Source: Eledone cirrhosa (taxonomy: Eukaryota). From it: 64,000 nucleotides of DNA. Positions 28,901-43,700 of this stretch are shown one piece after another. The position numbers were made by a program, and so were the translations under genes. The notes under the pieces are model-generated. The model made no database searches. It saw nothing but the letters and a program-made list of their open reading frames with translations, and was not told the origin of the DNA. The stretch lies in assembly GCA_964016885.1 (NCBI GenBank), contig OZ024743.1:46748001-46812000 (forward strand), written 5' to 3'. The stretch's first letter is position 1, and every line of letters begins with the position of its first letter.

Positions 28901-31900
28901 GAAATTGAAACTACAAGGAAACATCATTTTATGTGCACTTTCCATGTCATGAATTGGATGAGTTGTCACAATTTAAAACTAGAAAGGTTGAAGAATCTCG
29001 TCTTGCTTATACATTCAATTTTTGGCATGGTTTCTACAGTAGGATGCCCTTCCTAATGCCAACCACTTTACAGAGTGTACTGGGTGCTATTTATCATGGC
29101 ACCAGCACTACAACTTTAAAGAATGAACAGGGTGTATTTTATTGTGGCAGCAACACTGGAGAGGTTATGCCCATCAGTGAAATTCAACAAATAGGTAACA
29201 TAACACCTAAATGGAATGAAGGATTACATACATTGCCCCCCCAAAAAAGGCTATTATAAAAACTTTTTGCATTGTAATTATTAGATAAATTACAAAAAAT
29301 AACATGTTTCTAAATTTTCTTTTAAATCTTCACTTACCTTTATATTTACACAATATGGATGATAACACTGACCACATTGAGAGCAAATGATTACACGGCT
29401 CTCTTCTCCAATGCCAATACTTCCACAAGTTTTACAAATATCCTAGAAAAAAATATACATATTTTAAAATAAAATCTAGATATTAGAAATAATGTTATGC
29501 AGATAAATGGAAGCTTTAATCATATTTACTTTAAATTCATGAAATGACATAACTAATTCTGATAAGGAATGTCTTTAGATGTATTATCTAAAATACTTTG
29601 TTATTAAAAATAGTAACTCTTCTGTTGATAATCTTCATGGACAGGAATGACATGTGTAACTGGGTTAAAAGTGGTATCATGACTGGGAGGTGTAGGATCA
29701 GTTGGCTAGAATTTGATGACAACATGGTACTACGTAACTTGTCAGAAGGTGATCTCAGACATGCACTTGACAGGTTTGATGTAGAGTGCCACATGGCAGG
29801 AATGAAAATCAGTGCTGCGAAGACTGAGACACTCATTCTCTCAAGGAAGCTTGCGCAGTATACCCTACATATGAGTGGGGTTCCACTGAAGCAGATGGAG
29901 TAGTTCAAGTATCTCGGAGCCATGATCACGAGTGATGGAAGGCAGGAGGCAGAATTAAGAGTAAGAATTGCAGGAGCTGGTACAGTAATGAACCAGCTTC
30001 ATCATTCAGTCATCAGAAGAAGAGAAGTAGGTGTAAAAGCCTAACCCGTTATCTTCAAGTTAGAATACCTGCCAACTCTTACCTATGGTCATGAATTTTG
30101 TGTAAAAGCCGAAAGAATATGATCGCAATACAAACGACTGAAATGGGGTTCCTCTGGTCTTTGGAGTAACATTACTCAATAGAGTGTAGCTCAGAGATCA
30201 GAGAGTCACTCAAGGTAGAGCCACTACTTCTCCGAATTGAGAGATCACAGTTCCAATACTAAGCACATGTGGTTAGAATGTCTCAGGAAAGAATTGCTGG
30301 ACAAATTTTACAGGCAAAACCAACCGGCTAGAGACCTAGGAGTAGACTCTGGGCAAGATGGCTGGATAACATCCATGAGCTCAGTTGGTCTCATTTGGGG
30401 ACAATTACTTTAGACAGGACTCATTAGTAGGTATGTTTGAGGACTCTGCATCCACGGCCTTCCCAGAAATAAGTGGGTGAAGAAGACAACGAAATAGTAT
30501 TACATAGATAAACATTAACCTAAATCATACATTCTATAAATTCATGAAATTACATAACTAATTCTGCTAATGAATATATCAAACATATTTATCATCATTA
30601 TTTTACATCTGCTTTCCTTGCCAGCATGAGTAGATGAGTACAACATATGCAAAACATCATCATCATCATTTTACGTCTGCTTTTCCCTGCTTGCAAGGGT
30701 GGGACGGGTCTTATTCAGCACAGCATCTCTCCACTTGTCACGGTCCTTCGTCATCTCCACCGTGAGCTTCAGCGATCTGAGGTCTGTTTCACCACCTCCG
30801 CCCATGTTTTTTGTGGTCTACCTCTACCACGTCTTCCTTCAACTGGCATTTCCTGGCACTTCTTCACTCATCGGTCAACCTCCATGCGCATCACATGTCC
30901 ATACCACCGCAGTCTCCTCTCTCGCACACTACATTCTATCCCTCTCAGACGCAGTTTCTCTCTCAACACATTCATGCTGGGTCGTTCACGCACATTGTCA
31001 TTGCACATCCAACAGAGCATGCTTGCCTCATTTCTCTCCAGCCGTCGCATATCCTCTGCAGTTGCTGCCCATCTCTCACTACCATGCAGCATCGCGCTCC
31101 TCACACAGGCATCATATAACCAACCTTTCGTACGCAGGGAGAAACCCTTCTTCGTCAGCAGAAGAAGCAGCTCCCTAAACTTCTTCCAACCCATCATTCT
31201 AGATACTATGGCCTCAGAACACCTCCTCCCATGCTAATCTGATCTCCTAGGTACCGGAAGCTATCCACCACTTCTATAGCACCCACCTGCATTTGAAAAA
31301 TGTGTCTATCAATGCAACTTCTACTGTCTAATTACCCTCTACATCTACTGCATACATATTTCTCCCTACCTGTTAGTTTGCCTGCTATCCCACTACATCT
31401 CTTGTGTACCCAGGATCTGGATTGTGTGCATTTTATAGAATTTATGCCAGGTCCTTTTCTGCATATCGAACATGGCCATTTCGAAACCAGGTACAAATAT
31501 CACAGGTGACATATACTGAACCTTGTTTTGGACAAAATATTATAAATATAAAGGAGTTTTACTCATCTATAAGTATATATGGCATTTTTAATGAAGACTA
31601 GAATAATAAATATTCAATGAATGTATATACATCAGACAGAAGTCTGTTGCAACAATACAAGCACTTTAAGGCCATTTGCCCCACTAAAGCAGAGTTTGGC
31701 CTTGCATTCCCTATGATATGGGCTCTTTTTCGGGCACGGTTTCTGATGTACATTTGCTGATCCCAACTCTTTTAGTCACCTCTTATGACGTGCAAGGATA
31801 TGTTATACCTATTCTATTTCAGATAGAAAGTAATGGATAAAATAGAACAAGAAAATTACAAAAATTAGCTGAAAGAAAAAAAAAAAAATAAATAAAAAAA

Positions 31901-34659
31901 TAACTATTTACCTGCTCTAGTACATATTCATCTTTAGAATTGGCAATAACTACAGTAGATGGATGATCATCAATTTCTCCATTATCCATTGCTGTAGGAT
32001 ATAGTGACTACAAAGAAAAATATTAATTATGGAATTATCAAAAATAAAGGGAAAAAAGGAAGGAGTAGATCATCAAATTAAACCAAGGAAACTATATTTC
32101 CACTGGCCTTTTCATTGCTGATACTATCTGCCAGTCACAACTCCTGACAGAAGGAAGCAGGATACTCAGAACACACAGAGTTGGATCATGTACGGCAAAA
32201 TATCCCATCCACTGCTGTAACAATTCCACTAATCCATTGCCTCAGGACTGCTACTTTATTTATCAACCCCAAAAGGATGGCAGGCTAAGTTAACCTCAGC
32301 AAGATTTGGATTCAGAGCACAGATAACTGAAACAAATACTGACACTTTTAAAGACCAGCAATTTGCCACCAAACTAACATACCCAAATACCTTTCTCAAA
32401 AAGGAAATATACATTCTCAAATTATAACTTGTATTATTATTTACTCCATTAAGGGCAGTGGATTGGCAGAGTCAATAGAGCGTTGAATAAATGCTTAGCA
32501 GTACTGTTCCCAGCACTTTATGTTCTGAATTTAAATCGCGCTGAAGCATTTAATTCTTCCAGGGTTGATAGAATAAAGTACCAGTTTCGTACTGAGGTCA
32601 GTATAATTGATTTTCCCCTTCCCCAAAATTACTGGCCTTGTGGCAATGTTAGAAACAATTATTTAAACCATGATGGAAAGTTCACATTTAAATCATGAAT
32701 GTATAAAACATGATTTTACCTTGCTATATTTTTAACTTGCCTTTCAATTGATTTTGAAAATAATCAGGAATTTTTAAGGGTTTTGTAATAATACTTATTA
32801 TTATAGTAGTATTTAAAACTTAACTTCAAACAATTTCATTACATAAAATTATGACAGGTCTAAATTTAAATAAAAAACGTTTTAAAATAACAGCATTGTA
32901 TCATAGAACCCAGGACAGTTTCCAGAAATTTTATATGAAAAGTGTTAAGATTTTAAAATCAGTTGCACGCAATAACATTGTGACATATGTTAACTACTAT
33001 ATGCCAAATACATAAACATTCCTATGACAGTGTTGTGATCACAGAAGAATTTTAATCAATGACCTTGCAATCAACTATACACCTTTCTTTTACTGGTTTC
33101 AGTCATTAGACTGCAGCCATACTAGGGCACTGCCTTCAAAGGATTTAGTCATCAATTACTCTACCCTATTCCACACACTGCTTTTTTTCTTTTTTTCAAG
33201 TCCATCACAGGGCTAACTCCTAGCTACTGCTTGTACTCATTTTCAGCTGAGTGAACTGGAGCAACATGAAATGAAATGCCATGCTCAAAGACAACACATC
33301 ATCCATCTGAGAATCAAACTCACGACCTTATGATCGTGATCCCAACACTCCAACTATGAGATCATGCACCTTGAATAACAGCAAAAATAAAAAATATCAA
33401 AAATCTTATACATTTATCAAATTATGAAACATGTTACAGCTTACATATATTTAGGTTTAGCTAATTACATATGAGGTTGCATCTCATAGGTTTCTCTGAT
33501 TTTTTAATGGTAGGGGCCCATCCTATCATAAAAAGCAATATGAAATGACACAACGCCCAGTCCAGGAATCAAACCTACAACCATACTTATGAGCCCAACA
33601 ACCTGCCCACTTGACCACATCAAATTATGAAGCATGATATTTACTTGATTCCCAACATTTTGACCAGTCTTCACTTTCGTTCTTGGACCTCGCCTTCTGT
33701 CCCCAAGCGATGTAGGACGTTGACGTCGTCTTTCAGCAGCAATTGGACGCCCCTAAATAAAAAGAAACACTGTATTACAATATATCTTTCATTTTTCAAA
33801 GCAGTTTCAAGAATATATTAATTATAAATCAAGGAATAATAGAATTTATCTACCTTTAAAAAGAAAAAAAAATTAGTCATAAGAGTTGGCTAAAAGGGCT
33901 AGCACCAGGAAGGGCATCTGGTTGTTAAACATTGCCTAAAAAAGGTCCTTTTGTTAATGAATACAAAACCTAGCATGTGGCCCAATAGGCTAACAGTTGC
34001 TTCAGCAGAAGGAATAGCCTTAATACACTTGCTCTGCTAAAAGTCAACTATCATCATCCTCTTTTTATGTCTGTTAAACCGTGCTTGCATGGGTTGGATG
34101 TAATGTCTCCTAACATATTTACTACTGACCAGAAATGCCACTAGGCAGCTATTATTAGTGGAATACTCAAATTCAGTATAGTGGACCCATACTAAATCTT
34201 ATAATGCCCATAAATATCTTTATAATGATGAAAACTGTCTTACAAGAATCCAAATTTTAAAAAATCAGTGGACTCAAATAGTTCAAATAATTTCACAAAC
34301 AAAAAGGATGAACAGATTTAATTTGATAGATTCCAACTGTGAAAATGAAGATATATATAAATGTGGAGTTAGATTATATATATTTTTTTTTTTAAGAAAA
34401 GAAAATGGATATTGATAAAGTCAATATAAACATATTTTATCAATCATCATCATTTTTCCGTGCTTGCATTAGTTGAGGAAGATCCTTTTCTGGTATGTTT
34501 TCAGGGCTGGATGACTTCCTGGTGCCAACTATTAACTTATTCTAAGTATGGAACATGCTGCTGGTCTTTGTTGAACTGCTACACTGTAGAGCATAATGTT
34601 TGTATGGGAGATAAATAACAGTCACTGCAAGCTTTATGAGTTGTGTTGATGATATATAT

Positions 34660-34715
<56 letters not shown>

Positions 34716-37700
34716 TATATATAGGACAGGCTTCATACATTTTCTATATACCAAACTCAATTACAAGACATTGGTCAGATTAAAGTTATAGTTGAAAACA
34801 CTTCCCCAATATGTCACATAGTGGGGTAGATCCACAGCCACATGGTTGCAACGCAAAGTTCTTAACCACAAAGCCATGCCTGCAACTATTAAAATTTCCA
34901 TCTTAATATGAAACATTTGAAATACTGTAAAGGAGAGATATGAGAAAAAAATGTTTAATTCTACACATATCTCAGTATGTTTTATAACAATTTATTCATA
35001 AACAAAGTCATGACAAGTCTTGTTATATAACACTTCATAGAGTTTTGTAAAAAGTAACTTGGGCAGTTTGAGCTTGAAAACAATAGTGTTTTCCAAAACA
35101 GAGGTTTAACAAATAAGAATATAAAAAGCATATAACATATATATATATTTCTTTATCTAATTAATTACAAATAAAGTATTACATTATTTAACCCTTTGGC
35201 TATTATATTTCAAATGAAAGACACTGCCTATAATTTTTAAATATTTTCAAAAATTATCAAGAATTTGGAAGTTTTTAATAATATAACTAACCTTCTCATT
35301 ACTAGGTTGGTATTTGGAACATAAAGATTCTTACATAAAATAATGATGAAAAATATTTTTTTTTAGATAAATATAAACACTGCCGAGTATCATGGCAGTT
35401 TCAGACAGTTTAGTATTAAAAGGGTTAAATATTCATTAGTAGATACATTTTTTAAATAGACTGGCTATGAAATCAGTATGAAATAGACTATCTATAACAA
35501 AAATTTAGTTCTGACAATTATTTTAAAAAGTACATTTTATTAAATAACTAAAAGATTTTTCTTTTTAAAAAATAAATATTATCAATTATCATCTGTTCAT
35601 CTATGCTATCACGGATGGGACAGATGTGCAATAAAATATTTTACTATGTATCTCAACATTATATCATATCTATGAGGCTGTTCAAACTATTTCTTCTAAA
35701 GTCTATCTCTTCATATCAATACTTTCAACCAGATTTGCTATACTTTTAATACAACATACATCATGCAATATTGATTGTAATACCAGTCTCCAATCTCCAA
35801 AAACATCAGCTAAATTCTGTTTTAACTCACTTGTACTGAAACGTTCAAAAACAAACCCTGAAGTTCTCCAAAGATTTAAGTTACACAACAGACATAATCC
35901 AAAGATGCGATGATAATAATGAGAAATTTGTTTTTCCTTTCATAGTTGAAATCAGCATTAATAAGATACTTTTATTGTAATTTAAAGAAAACATACTTTC
36001 GGCCTTCCAGCACCAATTTTCTTCCTGCCAACAGGATGCATCTTAATTCCTTTTGGTAAAATGTCAGGCTGCATTTTAGATGCTGTTTTAGTCCAAGTTG
36101 ACCCACAAGCAGGCAAGGAAGTTAATTGCAGCAGAGATCCCTATAATCAATGATTAAAAGAAATTTATATATATATAGAGAGACACATAAAGCCTGGGAA
36201 GAAAAGCTTCCTGTATATATATCAGCAGAAAGTTATGTATACAATACTGCCTAAAAGTCTGAGAGCAACATTAATAAGCAGAGCAGTCTATTGTAAACAT
36301 ATGACATTATTTGTGTCACTTCTCACTTTAAAGAGAGAGTATGCCTCTCTAAGTTTAGAAGTAGGAAATAACTACCAAATATCTCAAATGATACTAAATA
36401 GAGATAATAGGTAATGCATCCAGGTTTAAGTAATGTTGGCAAAGTATAAATTAGTCTGGAAGATGTAACACACATTAGCACCTATCCAATAATGCCTCTG
36501 AGATACCATGAAAGCTTGTGGCCTAGTGGTTATGGTGTTAGACATGTGACCATAAGGTCGAGGATTCGATTCCTGGGCAAGGTGTCCTTAAGCAAGATGC
36601 TTCATTTCACATTGCTCCAGTTCTTCAGCTGAAAAGAAAATGAGTAACAGCAGCAGCTGGGAGTTAACCCCTGCAACAGACAGGCATTTCATCCAGAGAA
36701 GAATCTTTTCATGCTAGGACTGGGGCCACTATCATTAAAACATTAAAAAACAACTCTTATGAGATGCAACCTTGTTGGAGGCCAACTAAACTTACATATG
36801 TGTAGGCTGTAACAATAACTGAGGTACCCTAATATCATGACAAAAATAACCTCTAGAATATATTTCAAAGAAAGGATAGCTCAGGAGATGAAAACAGAAG
36901 TCATACATACTCTAAATGAAACAAACAAAATACTAGTGGAACGTATTCAACAAAATAGAAATACAATAGAATGAATGGCAACAGAAGAGTTAACAAATGA
37001 AAGTTTATGACAGTTTGCTATCTAGAAAATATAAATATTGAAATAAAAAGGAGAATGAATGACTAGGCAACTATTAAAAAGCTTATATAGCCTAATAACT
37101 AAATTATACCTTTAATTACAATATTTCTAAAATACATTGCCTAATATTTTCAAGTAATTTTAAAAATAAAGAATTTGGAGGGATTTAGTAATAATTTGGA
37201 AAGATTTAGTAATGTAACTAATTTTCTCATTATGAAGTTAGTGTTTGGGGCATGACTTAAAAAATGTTCTTACATAAAATTATGATGGAAAAGTTTTTTT
37301 AGATAAATATAAACACTTTAAAACAGACAATTTTTTTTTATCATAGAACCAGAGGCAGTTTCATGCAGGATCATATCAAAAGTGTTAAATTGATATCCAT
37401 AGTTAAGGAAGCACTTCAAGTAACTAAATACTTAGCACTAATCTTGAATAGTTCTGCTTCACAAAACAGAATGGAATTGATTGATTTGTAAATTATTAAT
37501 TAAATCTATCTAAATCAGGCCCTAATGATTGTGAAGTGAACTCTTTTTACAATTTCATTGTGCATCATACACAACAGCAAAAAGACACAATCACTGTGTA
37601 CAAAAATAATATCACCTCAACGTTGTTTGTAACAAGAACCTCACAATCATTTTAAATACTTGGCCTTAACACCTTTCCTGGTGACTACACATCTTCAACA

Positions 37701-40700
37701 TTGCAAAGACAGAATCACAATAACTGACCTTCCTCTTTGGGACCAGAAAATACTTCCTCCTCCAAGCACTAGTAACCCTCTACAAAATTTAGGTGAGGCT
37801 CAAAGGAGTTACTGATCCCAGAACTGGAATAGTACTATGCTGCACATACATACATCTTAATTACAACCATATAAAGACCATATGCCATGCCTGATTGCAA
37901 CTTCTGGCCCACAAACATCATTATTCCAATCTTGGATTTTTCTATGGCTACCTCTGGTTTCTGTTCCTCATACTTATCTAGTCTAGTGCCACCTCCACTC
38001 AGACACTCCTGACTCACTTGTCACTCCTCTCTAACTTAAATTGTATCCAACCTCCCTGGCCCAGCACAAACCACATTTCTCCTTTTTTACCAAAACATCA
38101 GCTTTCTGCAATTCCCACCTCCTAGTATATGTAAAAGAGTTTAAACTCCTTCCTACCACCAGATCAAACCAATGAAAAAAGGAGGAGGAGGGTGCAAATA
38201 AATAATTTTTTTTTAAATTAGTGCTCTACAGATTGAAGAGAAAACTAGCTTTATATGCAAGATCAATTAGTAATAATAATATATACAAATAAAATTGAAG
38301 TTGCTCAACTCCACTTTTAACATACTTTTTCCAATGAACTCATATCAATATCCATGCTGGAAGTTGAATCATCATTCAAATAGAAAGAATCTTGTGAACT
38401 TTGCACTGTGTTTTCCCCAGCCATATCTTCTTTCATTGAAGAAGAATCCCCATCTGAAAAATCATATATGTTTGGTACATAGAATATACAGAGAAAACGT
38501 ACTTTTATAATAAAGAAATTTACTGAAATATAAAATAAGCATAAATATTTATTTAAGATGAAATATATAATTCACATTCATTCAACAAACCTTCAAGTAT
38601 ATATGATATACATTTATTTTTTTAAATATCATTTTCGTCCAATAATTTTCAAATATAGTTGCTTAACCCTTTCATTACCATATTTCTTATGAAAGACATT
38701 GCCCGTGATTTTCAAATTATTTTTAAAATACTCAAGAATTTAGAGTAATTTATGGTAAAATAAAAACAAAGATTCTTACATAAAATTATAATTGTTTCTA
38801 CTTTAGGCACAAGGCCAACAATTACCCAGTGCATTACTGGTACTTTATTTCATCGACCCCGTGAGGATGAAAGGCAAAGTTAACCTCGGCGGGATTTGAA
38901 CTCAGAATGGCAAGGGACGTAACTCTATGCGTCAAAGCATGGCGTCCGACCCTCTACCGATACTGCCAAATGGATGGTTTTTAGATAAATATAAGCACTT
39001 TAAAATAAACAGTTTTGTATTGTAGAATAAGAGGAGGTGTTGTGCGGTTTGGTATCAGAAGGGTTATATTGACTTAACAAAGCATCGAGTTTATATGATA
39101 AACATTTTTTTCAAAAAGGAAATTTTCTACAAAGATTTTTTTTAAAGTGCTTAATCAGACATGTTTATATTTGTTAGTAATTTTAAATTTGTGAGTGAAA
39201 AAAGCAACAAATTACAACTAATAATAAAATGAACATGTGAATAAATAGTTCATACCTTTAGTCGATAATTCTTCAAACATTTCATCTTGACTTCGTATGC
39301 TAATACTACTGCACAGCTGTAAAAAAAAAAGATTATGTAAATCTAAGTTTCAGAACTAAACTAAATATTTATGTTAATGTGGGTATGGTGTGGCGTGCGG
39401 TGGGCGTAGGCGAGGGAGTGCTCAACCGAAAGGGCCAGCAGAGGGCGCTCTCTAGTGGTGCCTAGCAACGGGGTGAACGCCAGTTTGGGCAGTGCCTAGC
39501 AATGGGGTGAACGCGAGTTTGGGCAGTACCTAGCAACGGGGTGAACGCCAGTTTGGGCATCTCCCGGTGTTAGGCAGTTGGATTGGATGCAGGCGGGCGA
39601 GGAGTAACCAGCAGTGGAGATAGCGGCGCCTATGAAGAGCGAAACGAATTGGCAGTGTTTGTACCAAAGTAGAAACTACCATGAGTGGAGATAGCGGCGC
39701 CTATGAAGAGCGAAACGAATTGGCAGTGTTTGTACCAAAGTAGAAACTACCATGAGTGGAGATAGCGGCGCCTATGAAAAGCAGTAAGTGAGATAGCTTT
39801 TTCCAACCACAGCTAAAACACAGCATCTATTTGAAGATTTAAAATATACTTAAGGTAGACACAACTACCTTTTATTAATTAAAAGCCATAGCTGTGAAAA
39901 AAATGAACTGTAAAATTTAAATATATTCCACTATTCCTCTGTAAACAAAAAAACATAAGAGATAAGACACTTTCCCATTCTTCTCTGCTAAAATGTATCA
40001 CTAGAGTTGATTCCAATTTTTCCAGCCATCCATCCAACCTTACTAATCTACGAAGGTATTTTAGCCTACATATTGTTGTTAATATTAATGATAAATGATG
40101 TTCCCTGCTGTATTAGCGATAAATTTTCCCTGCTGTATTAGCGATAAATTCTCGAGGGTTTTTCTTAGTAGTTCTCATGACGTTATTATTGTTAATTTTA
40201 CTGATGTAGTATTAACTTGGATATTTACCATGCGGTATTCTAATTCTATTGTATCTCTCTCAGTTATTTACCATGCGACCCTCACTTCCTACCTCACAAG
40301 TTCCCTCCCCCCCACCCCCACACACCACCATAGTCTATTCGACCAATCAAACCTAGCATGCCATTTCCACTGCTGCTGCTACTACCTGCCTAACTGACTC
40401 TCTCCTCCTCTGGCGCATCCCAACACACCCTGCCATTACCCCACCACCACTGTTCTTCTAGCCCTCAATTTTCCCAACGTTATGGATGGATGAGCTGAGA
40501 ATACATTTGAGCAACTCTGAATCAATAGATGAAATATGAATCTGCGAGCTACCAAGCACCCACGCGAAGTGCCAACCCAGAGACCCTCCCCTACGAGTGT
40601 CGACAAATGCCCAAAACTCCGAGTTGGTACCATCAATGTAGGCTCAATGAAAGGAAGAGCAGGAGAAATCGTAGAAATGCTAGAGCGAAAGGAAGTTGAT

Positions 40701-43700
40701 GTATGCTGTGTGCAAGAGACTAGATGGAGAGGAGGGTCTGCTAGAGTCCTTGTAGGAAAAAGCCAGTGCTACAAATTTTTCTGGGTGGGAAATGACGATG
40801 GGATGGGTGGTGTAGGTATACTATTAGCTGACAAGTGGGTAGATAAAGTAATCTCAGTGTACAGGGTAAATGCAAGAATCATTAAACTCAGACTAGTCCT
40901 GAATAAGACAATTACCACAATAATATCAGCTTACGCACCCCAATCGGGGCTGCCAGACGAACTTAAGGATAGGTTTTACGAGTCCCTAATACACACTACT
41001 GCTCTAACAGACGACAAGGACTTCCTAATCATTTCAGGAGATTTTAACGGACATGTAGGTAAACACTGCGACGACTTCAATAGAGTACATGGAGGCCATG
41101 GAGTTGGCACAAGGAATGAGGAAGGATTCAGACTTCTAGAATTCTGCGACGCCAATGACATGTCGATATGTAACACAAACTTTAAAAAACCCAACAACCA
41201 CCTGATCACCTATAGATCAGGGGAGCACTCTAGTCAGTTAGATTTTATCCTCATCAGAGGACGTGACAGATGGACGGTCGTAAACACAAAAGCCTTCCCT
41301 AGTGAGGAATGTACATCCCAACATAGCTTAGTTGTCAGCGACCTCACGGTCAGAACTAGACGAACCCGGAAACAGAGGCCAACCTGGAGAAGAAAGATCT
41401 GGAAGCTGAAAGTCCCCTCAACCAGTAACAGATTTAAAGATATTTTACTCAACGCCTACGACAGTAAAGAAGAACAGATAGAGACATTTAACGTAGAAGA
41501 GAACTGGGAGTTCCTAAAAAATAACTTACTAGAGGCGACGGATGAGGTTTGTGGCTGGAGTAAGACCTCAAGCAGGAGGAGAGTGACTTGGTGGTGGAAC
41601 AATAAGGTAGATGAAGCAGTCAAGGCCAAGAGACAGGCATGGAAAGAATGGAAGAACGGGGGGAGCAGGGTACATTACATAGAGACCAAGAGGGAAGCTA
41701 GGCGACAAGTATACTTAGCTAGGAGGGAAGCAGAGGATAGAAAATTCAAGCATGTTTTACAACGTGAGGACCAGAAACAGGAGGTATTCAAGATTGCGAG
41801 GCAGTGTGTCAGAGATAGTTGTGATGTCATTGGAGAGAAGTGTATCCGGAATGATAAAGGTGAGCTTGCCCTCACAAGTGCTGAGAAGAAAGATGCATGG
41901 AAGAGTCATTATGATAGATTACTAAATGAGGAGAATGCATGGGAAGAAGAGACCCTACCCCACGTAGACCCTATAGAGGGACCAGCAGTACAAGTCAGCG
42001 GCAGCGTAGTAAGTAAGGCAATCAGAGATATGAAGATAGGGAAGGCAACCGGTCCATCGGGTATAGCTGCCGAGATGCTGAAGGCATCTGGGTCTGTAGG
42101 TCACACTATAACCACACGTATCGTTAACCAGGTAATACTAGAAGGGGCCATACCAAAAGATTGGTGCAGTAGCATCATTGTCAACTGCTACAAAGGTAAA
42201 GGCAATGCACTAGATAGAGGAAACTATAGAGGTATAAAGTTGATGGACCAGGTCATGAAAGTAACAGAAAGAGTTATGGCACAGCTGATTAGGGACCGGG
42301 TGAATATAGACGAGATGCAATTTGGGTTTGTACCAGGGAAAGGCACCACTGATGCCCTCTTCCTTGTGAGGCAATTACAGGAAAAGTACCTAGCTAAAAG
42401 TAAGCCACTCTACTTGACATTTGTCGACCTTGAGAAAGCCTTTGACAGAGTTCCACGTGCAGTAATCTGGTGGGCTCTTAGAAAACTAGGAGTAGGTGAA
42501 TGGCTTGTGAAAGCGGTACAAGCCATGTATAGGGGAGCAGTCAGCAAAGTTAGGATTAGCAATGAGTATAGCGAGGAATTTAGCGTACAGGTTGGGGTCC
42601 ACCAGGGCTCTGTTCTTAGCACTCTCCTGTTCATCATAGTCCTGCAGGCAATAACGGAGGAGTTTAAGACCGGATGCCCATGGGAACTCCTGTATGCTGA
42701 TGACCTCGCACTCATAGCTGAATCTATGGTAGAACTAGAGAATAAATTCCAAACCTGGAAGCAGGGACTAGAGAGAAAGGGCCTCAAAGTCAACATGACA
42801 AAGACTAAGGTCCTTGTAAGTAGACGAGAAAACAGAACCCAGATCCCCTCAGGGAAATGGCCTTGCTCAGTATGTAGGAAAGGTGTAGGTAGGAACTCCA
42901 TTCTCTGCCCCAAATGCAAACAATGGGTACACAAGAGATGTAGCGGGATCTCAGGAAGCTTAATTAAGAATGTAGGATTCACATGCAGCAGCTGTGCTGA
43001 AACAGCAAGCAAACAGCCACAGGAAACAAGTACCACCAATCTCTGGGAGGGTCCTGTAGAAACAGTAGACAGCTTCTGCTACCTAGGTGACCGAATTAGC
43101 AACGGAGGTGGGTGCTCAGAAGGTACAATAACTAGGGTAAGAACGGGATGGAAGAAGTTTAGGGAACTACTACCACTGCTAGCTGCAAAAGGCTTCTCCC
43201 TCAGAATGAAAGGCAGACTGTATGATGCGTGTATCCGAACAGCGATGTTGCATGGTAGTGAGACCTGGGCGCTGAAGGTGGAAGACTTACGTAGATTAGA
43301 GAGAAACGAAGCCTGCATGCTCCGATGGATGTGTAACAGTAATATACGTGAACGACAAAGCATAAAGGAATTGAGAGAGAGACTGAGCATAAGAGGAATC
43401 AAATGCTGCGTGCAGGAGAGGCGGTTACGCTGGTATGGACATGTGATGCGTATGAAGGATGACAGCTGCATAAAAAGGTGCAGAGCACTAGAAGTTGATG
43501 GAAACCGCGGAGTGGGGAGACCCAAGATGACTTGGGATGAGGTGATAAAAGCCAACCTTACCCAACTACACCTCTCAAAGTCAATGACACACGACTGTGA
43601 CTTCTGGCGTCACGCAGTAATACAGGGTACCCGACCTCCCATGGGTACATGCTGAAGCATATAAACAATATGCCCCCACTCCCCCCACCGCAAGGTGGTC

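Noticed and set aside
36513-36590. tRNA-like sequence (also at 57528-57600)
   Set aside because: A/B-box-like motifs but no complete cloverleaf; it continues into a repeated SINE body.
37560-38170. Compositionally distinct stretch, possibly an old LINE remnant (also 49690-50390)
   Set aside because: Too decayed to assign motifs or boundaries confidently.
39458-39778. Short regularly spaced repeats superficially like a CRISPR array
   Set aside because: Head-to-tail tandem repeats without unique spacers, no cas genes, and a eukaryotic intron context.
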